Source: Eutreptiella sp. 'Long Island Sound 2002'
Lineage: Eukaryota > Protista > Euglenida
Length of the DNA: 64,000 nucleotides
Assembly: GCA_964036045.1 (NCBI GenBank)
Contig: OZ038378.1
Coordinates: 195,920,001 to 195,984,000, forward strand
Reading direction: 5' to 3'
The notes below the pieces were generated by a model. That model saw only the letters and a program-made list of their open reading frames with translations, had not been told where the DNA came from and did not search any database. Positions 25,290-38,989 of the stretch are shown here, piece by piece (positions within the stretch are counted from its first letter, which is position 1; every line of letters starts with the position of its first letter). Made by a program: the position numbers and the translations under genes.

Positions 25290-26202
25290 TGGTGGTGCCG
25301 TAGTTTCTCCTGTGTAGAGAGCGATGGTGTCTACAGATCAACGTGCACGGAAGTTTTCTGTTCCGGTGTATATATTTCCAGGTACACTGAAGCTAATTAC
25401 CCTTACCGTGCGGCGCTTGAGGCACGCTTAAGCACTCCCCATGGTTATCCTGTCCCGACACTTTCCCCCCAATTTCCCCCTATCCCCCCCTCCCCCCCTC
25501 CCCCCTTTCCCCTCATTTCACCCCAATTCCGCCCATTTTACCTGGGGAGCTTTCACCAATGCACACACACACACACACACACACACTCTGCTGACGCATG
25601 CACGACCTGCAAGAGACTTCGGCGCACAGCTGAAGCATGCTGTGCGCTGGGACATCACGCTGATGACCACATAGCACGCAGACCGCAACTGCAACTGTGC
25701 CCACTGCATGGCCTGCCACCGTGCCCGAGGTGCACACTCAAGCAAAGGGGAGTGCGCCACTGCTGTCAGCGGGGACACCATAAAGTGTGCACCCCAGTGC
25801 CCGCGCGCCGGAAGCGCCCACTTGCTGCACATGCACAACTGCCCCACAAACGACCACGCCTACAAGGGCCTGCACGTATCTCTACGGGTCTGCTGAGGTC
25901 CCCACACCAACCCCCCACCCCTCCAGCCCCCAAACGCAGGAGGCCGAAAACACCCCCCCCTCCGTCCCCACCAGCCCCAGTTCCACGGGGGCTGGAGGAG
26001 ACCGTGGCCGAGGATGTCGCCCGCCCGCTTTTCGTGACGAGGCACGGGAGAGCAAACACCCTGGATACCTAGCCAGCAAAATACAGAGGTTCTGATTCCG
26101 CAGAAGGGAGGGAAACAACGTCACAAAGAGGCCTCAGCAGACCTGAGCCAAATGAGGCGTCCAGCCCAACGCTGCACAAGGATCCACCTCTAAAAGTACA
26201 GA

Positions 26203-26245
<43 letters not shown>

Positions 26246-29000
26246 AATGCCTTGTTGTCAATCAAAACCTTGTTTTATGACCTTTATGACCCCAAAATTC
26301 CCCATTTTTCCATCAAGCATCCAACAGTCCCCACACTTTCCCAAAGCTCCCCCCATTTTAACGAAATCAGCCCATTTCGAGAATAAGTGCACGGTAACGT
26401 TACGGAAATGGGTATTTCTGAAGCCTGTGCTTAATCGTATGTTGTGTGTGATGCTTAATGTTTTGCTTTGCAGTCCACATTGCCATTGGGTTGGGAGTTG
26501 GGGTCCAATTGCAGGAACTTGACACATTTTCCGGCAATGTCTCTGCTGCAAGTGAGGCAAAGAACGCCAGCCATCCATCTTTCAGGTATGTGCTGGTGGT
26601 GACCTTTGTTTGTGCACTTTTATTGAAGCTCATACATCATGAGGGCTTAATCGTACGATTGGTAGATTGCAGCGTGCATGCTGCACATTGCCCCCGCCCT
26701 GTTGTAGCCCAACAGTCAAGCACATTGCAATCATGCCACCATGCCACAGGGGGATAGGATTTGCTGCCAATCTTGTTGTCCATTGTTTGCCGTTTGACAG
26801 TGAACTGGCAAAAAGTCCACTAAGGTACCCCTTGCATGCTTGATCTGAGTTTAGGGACGACGCAAAGTTCATACACGGCCCAATTCATATTGGTGACGGG
26901 TAACAAGTGCACCATTTGTGGGGGGAAGAGGCCCAAAAAGGTAAAAATAGTAACAAAAATAGGGGACAAGGGGGTGTATAGGGGTATACGTTACATGAAA
27001 AACGCATGTGTATGTACCACTATATTGCCTCTGTTCCAAGATAATTACCCAAATTGCGCGCCGCAGGTGCCGTAGGCGCTGTAGGATAAGCACCCCCCAT
27101 GGGGTTGTTAGATCATGCTCCCTTGCATGCTCAAGTGACCAACACATTGTTGTTTGGCCCTTTTGTTGATTATGTGTTGAAGGCTTTGTCAGCCAAGCAC
27201 AAGGACCCATACAAAAAAGTATACAGCCCCACTATAAATGCTGCAACGGCGAAAGTGTAGAAGTATTTGGCTTTATTGCCTTTAGCTGAGTATGCCTAGA
27301 TTTTTGACCCACGCCAGAGACGTGTCCTTGACTCCGAGGAAGGCATGTGCACCAATGTTCTTGCCCACAAATGCCTCTTCAGCACAGGTGAGCTTACCTC
27401 TACACTTCAAGTGGACTTCAAGTGGATTGGGACGCTTATTGGAAGTTACTTGCCGTGGTTGCAACGGACATTTTTAGCATTTTGGATTCGAGGGAATGTC
27501 TGAGACCTTGCCTTTGTTGTACGCGATTGTACGCCGTATCCTGTGCTCCAGCCACCTCTTGTGATGTTGAGTGTTTCTTTTCCTCACTGGAGTGGGTCTA
27601 TGATGAACGGCAACAAGACATGGAAGAGGAGACGCATTGTGCTGCCGTTTTGCTCCGTTACAATGGCATTGTGAAGTAATCAAATTCAGTTTTGTGTCGC
27701 TTTGTGTTGTTGTTGTTCTTGTTCTTGGACAGCCCTCTTTAGGCCATGCCCGGACGTCCGGGTGCTAGTTGCACCAGCAAGCTACAGACAAGTTTCCGTG
27801 CCGTAGAAAAAGTAGTCCATTTTTTCCAATCCCCTCCATCCTAGCCCCACAATATTTGTTATGTGCCCCCAGCCCCCTGTAGTTCACCCCCCCCCCCCCT
27901 TTCCCCCCCAGTCCCCCCCATTTTCCCCCATTTCCCCCATTTCCCCCCATTTTTCCTAGTGCTGGGTACATTATACGTTGCTGGGTATGTTACCGTCCCT
28001 CTGGGCCGGGTATTTCTGAAGCCTATCAGCATAACGTGCACATATGCCAATTTAGAAGCCAATGAACATTGATCATGCACTGGCCATTGTGCCCACCGCA
28101 TGCTAGAGCAGTGGCCTTAGCTGGGGATGTGGACACAGCGTCAGGTGCCCCAGATCACCAAGCATTACACATCAGTGCTGCTTTTTTGGGCGTTACCCCT
28201 CTGGTGTTGCAAGTGGAGTGCGTTCCCTACACTCTTGGCCGGTGTGCTCAGACTGAAGAGAAAGTGTGCCCCCCCCTGCCCCCCGTCCCTTCTTGCTCAA
28301 CAACCAGCTTGTCCAACCACCCTCTGCCAAGACAGCACTTTTTATCACCACCCTTTCAGCAATCCTTGACCCAGGTTTGTGCACTGATCACCTGCTGGTC
28401 AAACAGCGCTTTTTGTCTTCAAATCATGTCTAACAACCAGGATTCAGTCAAACAAGGCCACACTGCTGGTTGTTGCAGATGGAGGGAAAATCTCCCTCCA
28501 CCACCAGCTGACCATGGTAGTCTCTCGCAAATCTTCTGAGTCACCCCTGTTGGTGGGCGGGGGAACTTGTAGCTGAGACACGCTCCATTTGAGAACCTCC
28601 TTCTTAATCCCCCAGTGTCGAACCCTGTCCGGCATTCCTCCGTATCACAGGACCTAGAACAACAGTTCAAAGGAGTTGCAAACACTGTGGAGAGCTTTTC
28701 ACCCAAGTCACCTTGAAAACCTGCTCAAGACATCAGGGGTCTTGGTATCAACACAGCAATACCTGGAGCTGTTGTGGTGGCACTGACCCGTCGAAGGTCT
28801 GCATGCAGTGAATTGCTCTTGTGCCCCTACCGAAGCCCGAAGCCCCACTCTCGTGAACAGGTGGGTATGGCACACCCCTCTGCCCTTGCAAACAGATCAC
28901 CGGGATATCACCGGGACCTGCCTTTCGGATGGGAGTCCCAGAAGGGGGTAGTGGCGGTCGCAGGTGGTTTCCCAGTGGCACTTGTGGCACTCGTGTGTGT

Positions 29001-29046
<46 letters not shown>

Positions 29047-31820
29047 ATGTTTTTCCGAAAGGCGCCGAGCCATGACTTTTTGTAAACATTGATGTTGGCT
29101 TGACGAGCTATTTTTGACGATCAGTGCTGTGCTTCCGCTGTGCGCTTGATCACACCTCACGCAGTGTGTGTGTGTGTGGGGGGGGGGGTGCGTGTGTCGT
29201 GTCTGTGGGGGGGGGGGTGTTACAAAGTGTGTGTGTGTGTGTGTGTGTGTCTGTGTGCAGCCCAGGGCACTTCCAACCATGCTAGTGCAAAGAAGACCAC
29301 CAGAAGTTCTGCACTTTTTCTGAGCCTCTTTTTGAGCATGATCAGATGCGGTCAGAAATTATCTGGGCAGTCAGAGGCCTGCCTGAGCAAGCAGCCGAGC
29401 ACTCTGTGTTGCTCGGAATTTGTTCCCCTTGTTTGGGTGTGTGTGTGTGTGTGTTTCTTATGTATATGTTTGTATGTGCACACGTGTGCATATGTGTATG
29501 CATGTGTATGTGTGTCTGTGCCTGTGCATGTGTGCGTGCATGCGCATTTGTGTGTGTACATGCTGGCCCTGCGTGTGTGTGATCGGCATCTACTACAGTA
29601 TGACGTGACACAACCTCCTGTGGATATCCTGCTTTGTGTGGGGGGAGCACAGGTTCCCTGTCTGTGGCAGCCAGCGGATTTTTTCTTGCTCTGTAGGGCC
29701 AAGACGGCCAGCAGGACTGCCTTCTGGTGGTGCAGCTTTTGTTCTTGTCTCCTTCTCCATCACAGAATGAAAGATGTCTATGGCAGCTCTGCAGCTCTTG
29801 AGGAGTTTTTCTTGTTCCACTGCTTTCCTGCTTTTTTTTTTTTTAATTTTTTTGTCATGGTTCCCATCGTATGTGTGCAAGTGTGCACTTGTGTATGTGT
29901 GCATAGTGTGTGTATATCTGTTTCATGTGTGTATATGTGTGTATGTGTATCTGACCTGCACGGGAGGATGCTTGGCCCAGACAGGCCGTGCCTTGGTGGG
30001 GGGTGGGGTCGGTCTCAGCTCAGCCCACCAATCCGTGTTCTGCACTATGGCAAGCCCCTGATCACCCTTATCGTCACGCCACCCCCGAATATTTGCCATG
30101 CATCTATATTAGCAGTCTAAGGGTACACTACAGTGGTAGGACACTTGGTCAGCACAAATTGGTCTGCTTTGGTGTGGGCCCAAGTGGCGCTGGCCGGTGA
30201 CTATGGCCGCATGCTGGTGATAAGGGCCCTGCACAAAGCTGTGCGCCACGTATACTGTGCTGTGTGTCGCCATGGGGGTGCAGAGAATACTATGCGCGCA
30301 GTCTACGCAATAGCCCACCATCAGACGTGCTCGCAACACACCGTGGTGGCCCGCCTCATTCATTGGCTGCACCGGAACACACAGGGATGCGTCACGTTAC
30401 ACTGTTACACTGACAATGTCATCCCCTACCACTTCCGCCATGAAAATTTTGAGCCTACGTGGTGCGCCAACATGCACTTGTTGCGTGCCTGGTCTGCTCC
30501 TTAAAGTTCTTCTGTCTGTGTGTGTGTGTGCGGTTGAGTGGTTGCACCTAACGCTGGTTGTCTTGGGCTGTCGTTAACACGAAATCCTCTATGTATTAAT
30601 TTTGAGGTCCGTTGATTAGTACACAACTCCTGCGAATAGGTGAGGGCCCAAGGAAAAGATCTGGATTACACCGCAATTGCCGCTCAGGATTGCACGCTAC
30701 TTTCTCCGTCAACAAGGCCCGTGGTCCCCCCACCCACTGCAAGACGCACACGCAAAGTGGTAGTCGTAGTGGTACAATGATGGAACATCATGACAATATA
30801 AACATCATGTCGTTCGGTGGCTTGGTAAAAACAGCCAAAGAAAGGTCCTGCCGTGCCTGCTCTCCTTTTCACCCATATGGCATCGGCAAACTGACATAAT
30901 CATTTTTTTTTTTCAAAAACAACATACGGATTTAAACAAAGTGGCATTCCCATATTTTATAGCGCCACAACTTCGTGCTGCAACCAAACGACATTTGTTC
31001 GAACCAAACACACCTGAAACAAATTTATAGTCTTTCGTGCCCTGGTTACGTTTCGTTTCTACATGTCTATATACTTGTTCCGACTTATATGCGCATTAGC
31101 GAAATTATCACAGCAACAACATCCAAGTTGCTCTATACTGCTATGTGCACTTGCACAAATGCTTCTAGTGAAAGCAAATAAATGGAATAAATTTTTTGTA
31201 CCATTTTCGACATCAGCGCTTTGGCTAGGCTTGGGAAGGTCTCGCTACACTCCACCTCCCCAAGCCCAGGAATGTTTTTTTATTGCGGTCACTAGTCTAG
31301 GAAGCTCCACTATTTGTAAATTTTTTTGCTATCAAAGGTTGAACTTGCTATGTTGAAAGCTCCTATCCAAGACCTCTACAACCACCGGTCAAGTCATACC
31401 ACAGATGTTCACCCTTGGTTTGGATGCAATGAATCAACTCCGTTAGTTGGAGGGGGAGCCATATTTTGGTGACCATGATGTTTGCAAAACTAGGCCTCAA
31501 AAATCAGATTCACAAATGATTTTTTCCCCAAAGCAGCAAATGCTCTTTTTGTCCCACCTTTAGTGCTAGCCGACACCAACAGCCTATTGCTTCTAATTGC
31601 GTCCTTTTTGGTTTCAACCAGCCTTTCTCATCATCAGGCGGTGGTTCATTCCCGGATCCATGCACCCCAGCTTGCACAATGTACCGCAACGTCCGCAAAA
31701 CCCCCAACTCACAAACCGCCCTAATTATAGCACTTGACCGGGGGATGGGCCATGCATTCTCAGGTCTATTGGTCCGCCGTACACAGCCATATTCGCGTTG
31801 GTCTATGGGCAAACTCTAGG
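25290..31820 (-). CDS. Probable upstream exons of the same minus-strand gene
   Basis: Protein-like segments with splice-like borders at ~25980-26075 (VSRVFALPCLVTKSGRATSS), ~28530-28635 (PDRVRHWGIKKEVLKWSVSQLQ), ~28765-28800 (TFDGSVPPQQLQ), ~29620-29830 (KAVEQEKLLKSCRAAIDIFHSVMEKE) and ~31555-31815 (WPIPRSSAIIRAVCELGVLRTLRYIVQAG). Not all joins resolved. Confidence 0.45.
27422..27679 (+). pseudogene. hAT-family transposase C-terminal (dimerisation domain) remnant
   Basis: APATSCDVECFFSSLEWVYDERQQDMEEET...LRYN resembles the hAT P-[AS]-T-S-x-x-x-E-R-x-F-S motif. No upstream catalytic ORF is intact. Lies antisense in an intron. Confidence 0.6.
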
Positions 31821-32798
31821 TGACCACAAGATACAAATTTCGAACAATCTCTGTAAAAGTTAACGTCCGTTTGTAACACAAAAAAAGTCTTTCTTGGCAT
31901 AATTTTTGCAACAAACATTCGGAGCTGCCAAATACTACCCCCCCCCCCCCCGTCATTCTCTTCTACATGTCTCAAGGGTCATTGTGAGCTTCGTTTCAAG
32001 GCCTAACTCCACGACATGTCGGAATGCCGCCCAAAATACGCGACTCCGCATCTTGAAAAAAGTGCCAAATGTCAAACCTCCGACGCACAAAACGGCTGCA
32101 TTTTATACCCGCGCGGACCCGAATACCAACCCGACACGTGCTATGCACCACGAAGGACATTGATGAAAAAGGTTTGAGGGCAGGTGGATCCGGGGCTCCT
32201 TGCTGTACCACTTGGGGGGAGACCCATCATCGCCAAAAAACACAGCTTGTTTTCGCTACTAACAACGCGCTCCAAAACCTTCACTTGACAGCCCCCGTTC
32301 TATGAACACGCGAAGGCACACACAAAACCGCATGGTACAGATCGAAGGGCAACAATAGGGCTTTGATTTGGTCGGGGGTGCAGCGCCAAATTCCGTAACG
32401 TCCACAATTGGAAAAAAAACGCACTTTTTTTTTGCAGAATTTGGTCTCACTCAAAGGTATCTTGGCGCTAATGGGTCGCTTGGGGCTAAATCACCTCGAA
32501 GAGAGGTTGTTAGATCAAGCGCAGGCGCGGGCGTCACATACCCCCCCTTTTGGGGGGGGTCATTCGCGTAGCATACCCCAAGGCATGATATTTGATGTCC
32601 AACCCTTTGTAAAATCATTATTTTGCCCAATAAGACAATCCCCCAATGGATTTTTTGATTCTGAGGCCTCTATCCCCTAAAACTGGATATCAATTTTTTG
32701 GATGGGGGGGGGGGGATGGTGTGGCGGGGGGGGGTGTCAAAAGTTTTCGCTCAGCAGGCTCCAAGCAGTGGGGCCGCAAAGCCACTGTCACATCAAAG

Positions 32799-32866
32799 CA
32801 CGGTCGAATGGTAACACAGCCAACTGCAAAATTATAGTTGGGCGGTTCGAATCCCAGTCGGTCGAC
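32799..32866 (+). other. tRNA-like Pol III unit (pseudo-tRNA / SINE head), copy 1
   Basis: A-box-like CGGTCGAATGG and B-box GGTTCGAATCC at tRNA-like spacing, with a CCAAC/GTTGG stem around TGCAAA. The T-stem does not pair canonically, so this is not called a tRNA. Confidence 0.5.
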
Positions 32867-32894
32867 GGTCTTCGGCGGCGCCGCCCTGCCCTGT

Positions 32895-32962
32895 TCGCCC
32901 GACCGGGATTCGAACCGCCGACCAAAACGTTTGCGGTCGGATGCATTACCATTCGGCCACTA
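32895..32962 (-). other. tRNA-like Pol III unit (pseudo-tRNA / SINE head), copy 2
   Basis: Reverse complement reads GTGGCCGAATGGTAATGCATCCGACCGCAAACGTTTTGGTCGGCGGTTCGAATCCCGGTCGG, alignable along its length to copy 1. Confidence 0.5.
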
Positions 32963-35564
32963 CTTGCCCGGAGGACATTGGTTCTCCCCAGTGCTCAGAC
33001 CCGAGTCTACCGATGACAAAAAACCTGTCTGACTGACTGCTGGCCTGGCTAACTAACTGATTGGCTGACCGTCAGCCTCTCTTCGAGGTGCACTGCCAAA
33101 GGCAATAGAATATTTTTTTCTGCGACCCTTGGAGTTGTCCGGAGACGATAGTGCTTGAATGTGGGCTAGATGAGCCACAAGCGCGGCGCCATCCCTGCCG
33201 CGTTTCGAAAAATCCGCAATTTTCCAAACAAAAACGCTTCGCCAAACAGGGAAAACAGATCGGTTTTTCAAAATTCCAAATGCTACAAGGATCATTTTTC
33301 AATGCCGTTCACAAATCTGCAGTCGGATTCGGATTTCGTCAAAATTCATTTTTCGCGATTTTTTTTTCAAGATCCTAGGATTCTGCGAGAATTTTCAAAA
33401 AGGGCTCTAAACTCGTTGTAGGCCTCGGCCTGCCTTCCACCAATGTGGGGTCCCTTGGTCCCCAACGTCATTCTAAGTCTCCTTTCCTGCAGAAAAGTTT
33501 GCTGACCTTACACTATTGGCTGTTGACCATCGGGCGCGGCGGGTCCCGAGGAGTTTTCTTTCACCGCTTTTCTTGCTCTGTTTTTGTTTCGCGTGTCTCG
33601 ATGTGTATGTTTGTGCATGCGTGTGCCAGTGGAACGTAGCCTTATGAGGCTCTAGCAAGGTGTGCATTGAGCATACGGAGCCCCACCATATGCCACCCAC
33701 ACCTCAGTACTGTCGTGAGGAAGACATAAGAGTGTGGGCTTGGAAACCTCTACCCTTGCAAACAATCGGCCAAAAGGTGTTGTCTTGGCGTCACACAGCC
33801 CAGTGCTATGCCGTCATACAACCACATGTTGTGCCCTTGTACAGCCCCGTGCTACAAGTGAAGTGTCACGTGAGTGAAAAAAAAAATACAAAAAAATAGA
33901 CAACATATATATGGCTCATCAGAGCTTTGCCCCCCCCCCCCCCGGTTTGTCTGACTGACAGCTACTGACTGTGATTGTCTGACTAATGTAGTCAGACATG
34001 ATGTTCTGTTTTCTGTTTCAGACACAGTGTGTGTCTTGAGGTTCAACCAGGTTTGGCATAGAGAATAAAGATGCATTTATGCCTGACTGTGGAGTGCATT
34101 ACCTCTGGTTTGCATTTGTCTGTATTTTAATTAGGTCACCCCCCCCCCCCGGTTTGCCGCCCCGCCCCCCGGTTTGCACCCCCCCATGGGGGCCCGACAC
34201 CTGGTCCGGCGCCAAACTTCGTGCCCCCTCGTACCTTGTTTTAGCACGGGTAAACGCCCTGGGCATCCCATTTTCCAGACCGGGGCCCTTGGCCCCCGTC
34301 CCAACTATTGGCACTTCGCTTCTACAACAGGCAGACAGTGTCTACAATGGGCAGGCAGTGTCTACTTGGGGCAGACAGTGTCTACAAACTGTCGACCGCC
34401 GAGCCCCTATGCACGGGTAAACGATGTTAGCGGACCGTTTTTGGGGAAGGGGGCCTTTGGCCCTCTTCCCAAATATTGCCTCTTCGCGTCTACAACTTGC
34501 CGGTGGTGTCTACCGTAGCAGACCGCGTTGAGCAGACAGTTTCTACATGGGGCAGACAGTGTCTACAGACTAAAGACCGCAATTCCCATGGCCGGTAGGT
34601 AAACGGATGGGGGACCTGGGTAAACGGGGTGGCATACGTCGGTAAAACATCATATTCTTGCATTTTGGGGGCCTTTGGGCCCAGCCCGGGGGCCCCTTTG
34701 GAACCCCATGGGGGGGCCCAAACCAGGGGGGGGGGGGGGCTCTCATATACCATATATTTATACATTTTTTAGTGTTAGTGCGAGTGTCTTTTTCTTTTTG
34801 AGTGTCACCGCGAGTGTACCCCCAAAAAGCCCAATGGCTTATTTTCACTTCCAATCCGCTTTTGCGGGCATTCCCGGTTTATTTAGCTGTTTTGGCCCAA
34901 CCAACTTTGGGCCCAGTTCTGATTCTGACCCCGGTCTGAAGCGTTGGGGATCCCCTAGGCGGCAGCGGCTATGTAGCCACTGGCCCCACTTGTGGGCCAC
35001 TTTTGATTCTTTCCCCCGTTGTGACGTGTTGGGGACCCTCCAGGCGGCAGGGGTTATGTAACCACCCGGCTCACTTCTGATTCTGCCCCCTGCTCTGAAG
35101 CGTTGGGGACCCCCAAGGGGGCAGAGGCCACGTCGGCGGCAGGGGTCACTTGGCTCCTCAACCCCTTCCTCTCCTATTCCCTCCCCTTGTCAAACCCAAT
35201 AGATGTTAACCAACCAACTAATTTGTTGTACGCCCGCTACTTGCGGTGTATCCAATGCCCACCCATTGGTCTCCCCTCCCATCCCTGTTATCATCCATCT
35301 GCGCCACGGCTCCATTGCCTTGCCAATGCTTGGGGGTGAGTTTGCCTCATTACACCTCTCCAAGTAGCAATGGCGGTCAGATTGGATTTTTTTTCATTAG
35401 CACTCGCATTGACACTCAAAAGAAATCAAAACTGGGGGTGCACTTGCGTTGACACTCAAAATATATGCATTATTTTTTTTCCTGAGTGCCACGCGAGTGA
35501 CTCGCGTGACACTTGTCAACACCCCCCGTGCTTACGCCCTCACGCAACCCCTACCATGGTCCTA

Positions 35565-35725
35565 CACAGCCCCATGCTGTCCCTTCAAACAGCCTCATGC
35601 TATGCCCTCATACAGCTGTGATATGCCCTCATACAGCCAAATGTTGTCGCCTTCATACAGTCCCATACTATGCCCTCATACAACCCCATGTCAGGCCCTC
35701 GTACAGCCCTGTGTCATGCCCTCAT
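35565..35725. repeat. ~23-bp minisatellite
   Basis: About 7 degenerate units of CAGCCCCATGCTATGCCCTCATA. Confidence 0.75.
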
Positions 35726-37499
35726 ATTGCTGATTCCAAAAATACCGCGGTCACTTGTCTGAGATTTGGGGTCCGGTCCCCATCCCGCATTTTAGATCGT
35801 AAATTGTCAACAGAGGGGGTGCGGGGCACGGGGGCTCTTATGTACATCTCTGGTATGATGCAGGATGTTTAACCCCTTGTACAATCATCATTCAAGAATC
35901 CAAAAGTGTCCCCCAAGGGAATTTTTGATTTTGAGACCACTGTATAACCCCCCCCCCCCTTTTCAGCGGAAAACCCAGTATCCAGGGGGAGGGGGGTCAA
36001 AACTAGGCCTATTGCGGCCACTGTGCATTCACCCGCACCCAGGTCACGTTCGGATTTTATCTTCTCTATGGACGCCTAACCACTGGTGGGGCTCCTGGGT
36101 CCTATCTCGGGGTACCCCAATCAGCCCCCTGGCGAGGACCCACCAGTGGGGGATTTTACATTGCGATATCAGGCCAACATGGGTTAGCTGAAAAACGAAC
36201 GGCAAAAGCATTTGCAGTGGAACCCTGCTTAGGGGTCTTTGTAGGTGCAGGTGCATGAAATGTGAAATGAAATAACAATGCATCCTCGCCTGTACTGTTT
36301 TTTGTATGGCAACCAAGTTGAGTCTTCATGCTTCTTCCTTCTTGCTTCTCAGGTTGGATGCTCCATCAAAAGCAACCACATGCTGTAGCCGCAGACAGTG
36401 GAAGTAGCAGGCACCACCTAGTTGCTGAATGAATGGCCACAGTTGTGCTTAGCGCTTCTGGTCCCACATGGTGCTTTTCTACTTCGAGCCGCTGTGAATA
36501 CTTGCAACCACCATCCAGACCTAACCATTTCCATAAGTGCATAAATCCTCGAGCTGTCTAACCGCCACTAACCTCCCCGAACGATGAAACCAACCCTCAC
36601 CAGCGGCATTTGGGGTGCGCTCCGGACCGGCAGCATCGGTGCTGTGGTCTTTGCAACCTATTCTTTGACTTGAAGGTCCATAGCACAGTGTTTGTTTGTC
36701 CTGTGTGCTTGAAATGTACGTTTTAGACACGTTTCCTCGAGCATGCCACAGGACAGGCTGGCACGATTGCGTGAAGAGGTTGCCTTGCTTGTTTGGTCCC
36801 TTTTCATAAGCTAGAATGGGCGGTTTGTATACCCAATGCTGCAACATACCCAGTTCATTGCCACACCTGTGAAACCGCTTTTGGAGAGTGTTTCAGTGAT
36901 CTCTGACTGCACAGCTGCACCACAGCCCAGCAAACCAAACGCCCAGACATTGATTGCAATGCCATGGCTCTGCGATTCACCAACCAGCCTGGAACCAAAC
37001 TGAAGGACATGATGCCATTCTACACTGCTCACCTGTTCAATTTGGGTGCCTTTTGGACAGATTTCTGGTGCAGGCCCCTCTTGTTGATCTGCAGGTCATA
37101 TCCGGGTACCGCCTTGTCTGACGGCTTCCCTAATTTCGGACGTGCTTGCACAAGGGTGCTGCAAACCTTGGGACAGGTTTCTTTTCCTCTACATGTAGAA
37201 TTCATGCCGCAGCTGTTTCCGATGGAGGGCATGACCACTCCTGCCTCCGCAGATGCTTTCAGGAGGTATGGCCCACGACAAGAGATGGTCCGTCCTTCCA
37301 TGATCAGCCAAAGGGCAGGCTGAGGCAACACCGTTTTAGCACAAGCCAGGACTATGTCATGTCTCATGTGTGTGCCCGGGGCCATGCAGGTCCCCTGGAT
37401 ACATTCAGCATAGGTCTCGCAAGTGCTGACTTCTTCGAAAATTGGTTTGCTAACGCCTGGCACGTGTGTTCTTTAAGCAGTGTTGCGGGCTGCCGAGAT

Positions 37500-38100
37500 G
37501 ACGCCTAGTGTTTCAACTTGGCAGCAGTTGGAACATCCAAGCCCTTTGGACCCGTTTCGGCCCGCCAGAAGTGAACCTTGAAAACGGACCACTTGGGCCA
37601 CAACGGCTTTGGTTCTGCTCATTGTTGATGAGACTCAAGACTATGCTCTGCCTTTGCTGCGCCCCAGGTGGTGTTTTGTCAGGAGACACAATAAGTCTAA
37701 AGTGCATCATCTCCACAGTAGCCTAGTGGATTTGTTCCCATACTACGACAGACTGTGTCGAAAAAACGACTCTGTAGGAACAAATGCCGCCCCTGGTGGA
37801 TGAGATTTGGTGGTCCAAAAGATTGTCACCACGCAGTCGTTATCCCCACTTCCCCTATTTTGTGACACATTACACCTATAGCATGCCTTGTCAAATATAT
37901 CATTTAATCCCAAGTACAGCGGCGAAGCCAACCAAGAATATGGTGATGTTCATGGCTTCAATTATGCAAGGGTGAAGCACCTCTTTCCCCACTTGTGGCA
38001 ATGGAGGAACGTGTGGATGAGCTGCAGTATTGACCTGCTGTATGGACCTGCAGATTCTAATCGTGTAGCCCTGAAGCCCAACACTGTAGCCCTATAGCCC
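37500..38100 (+). other. Fragmented coding sequence with a superfamily-1 helicase Walker-B-like motif
   Basis: LVLLIVDETQDYALPLL (ORF 37609-37803) resembles the UvrD-type LIVDE[AF]QD. Neighbouring frames are broken by stops. Either exons of a plus-strand gene (~33.5-38.1 kb) or a decayed gene. Confidence 0.3.
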
Positions 38101-38989
38101 TGCAGTCCTACCGCCCAATTGACCTGTAGTTGTGTAGCCGTACCATGGCCCCTGATGTGCTATACTGACGTTTGTACTGAAAGCAGCATAAGACTGTTAG
38201 GGGGGGTTTGTGCAAACCGCGGCACACCTCTCATTTTTGGGGGCTAGGGCCAGTACTGGGTTGTTTCAAGGGGAACTACAGAATGAATGTGCAGTGCATG
38301 CAAGGGCAAGGGCTAGGGAAGGTCGGGGGGAAGTACCATGTGTCCTGGCGGACCATGTGTCCTGATGTGCTCTTGAGAATCCCTCCGATCCAAGGGTAGT
38401 ATGTACACGACATGGCAACACCCCCATGTTACCAGACCAAGGACTGGATGGCGGAGCTCACCAATGCCATTAGTTGATGCGCTCTCTGCACAGGGCCCCC
38501 CTGGGCCTGTGACAAGGGCTGTGCGTATCATGTCTGCTGTGCCGTGACCAGGGCATCACCGATCACCATCCCCTTCGTTCTCGCGCCGTGCTTCCTGATG
38601 ACGTTCAAGAGAAGGTGCACGGTGTTGCCCCGTGGGCCTGTGTTCTCTCCGGAAATGTGACATGGGCTTCACTGTCACGACGGCGCACGCTTTGGGACAT
38701 GATGCCCCCCCCACCCCACTCGGCCTGGGCCATCACCGCCAGCCAACCCCCCCCCCCCTTTGCCCCTGTTGTCCGCCAAAGAAGAGCAGGTGAAGCGGGC
38801 ATCGAGGAGTATTTTCGGGGCCTCGTTGCCCCTCACTCATCCCCCCCCCCCTGCAGATGCTGTGGGCCAGGAAGGGGGCACAGGCTCCGCAATGAATTTG
38901 ACTGCTCTTAGTGTTTGTCATAGTTGGCCATCTTCCAAAACTTCTCTGCCGGTATCTAAGTGTCTGCAGTGCAATATTTGAAGCATGAT

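Noticed and set aside
29140-30120. 326-aa plus-strand ORF (also 25242-26072, 39115-39915, 54147-55094)
   Set aside because: These translate (GT)n, (CA)n or tandem repeats (CVCVCV, HTHTHT) or lie antisense to better-supported exons. No protein-family signal.
32799-32962. Two functional tRNA-Cys(GCA) genes
   Set aside because: The T-stem and acceptor stem do not pair and the anticodon loop is oversized. Reported only as tRNA-like units.
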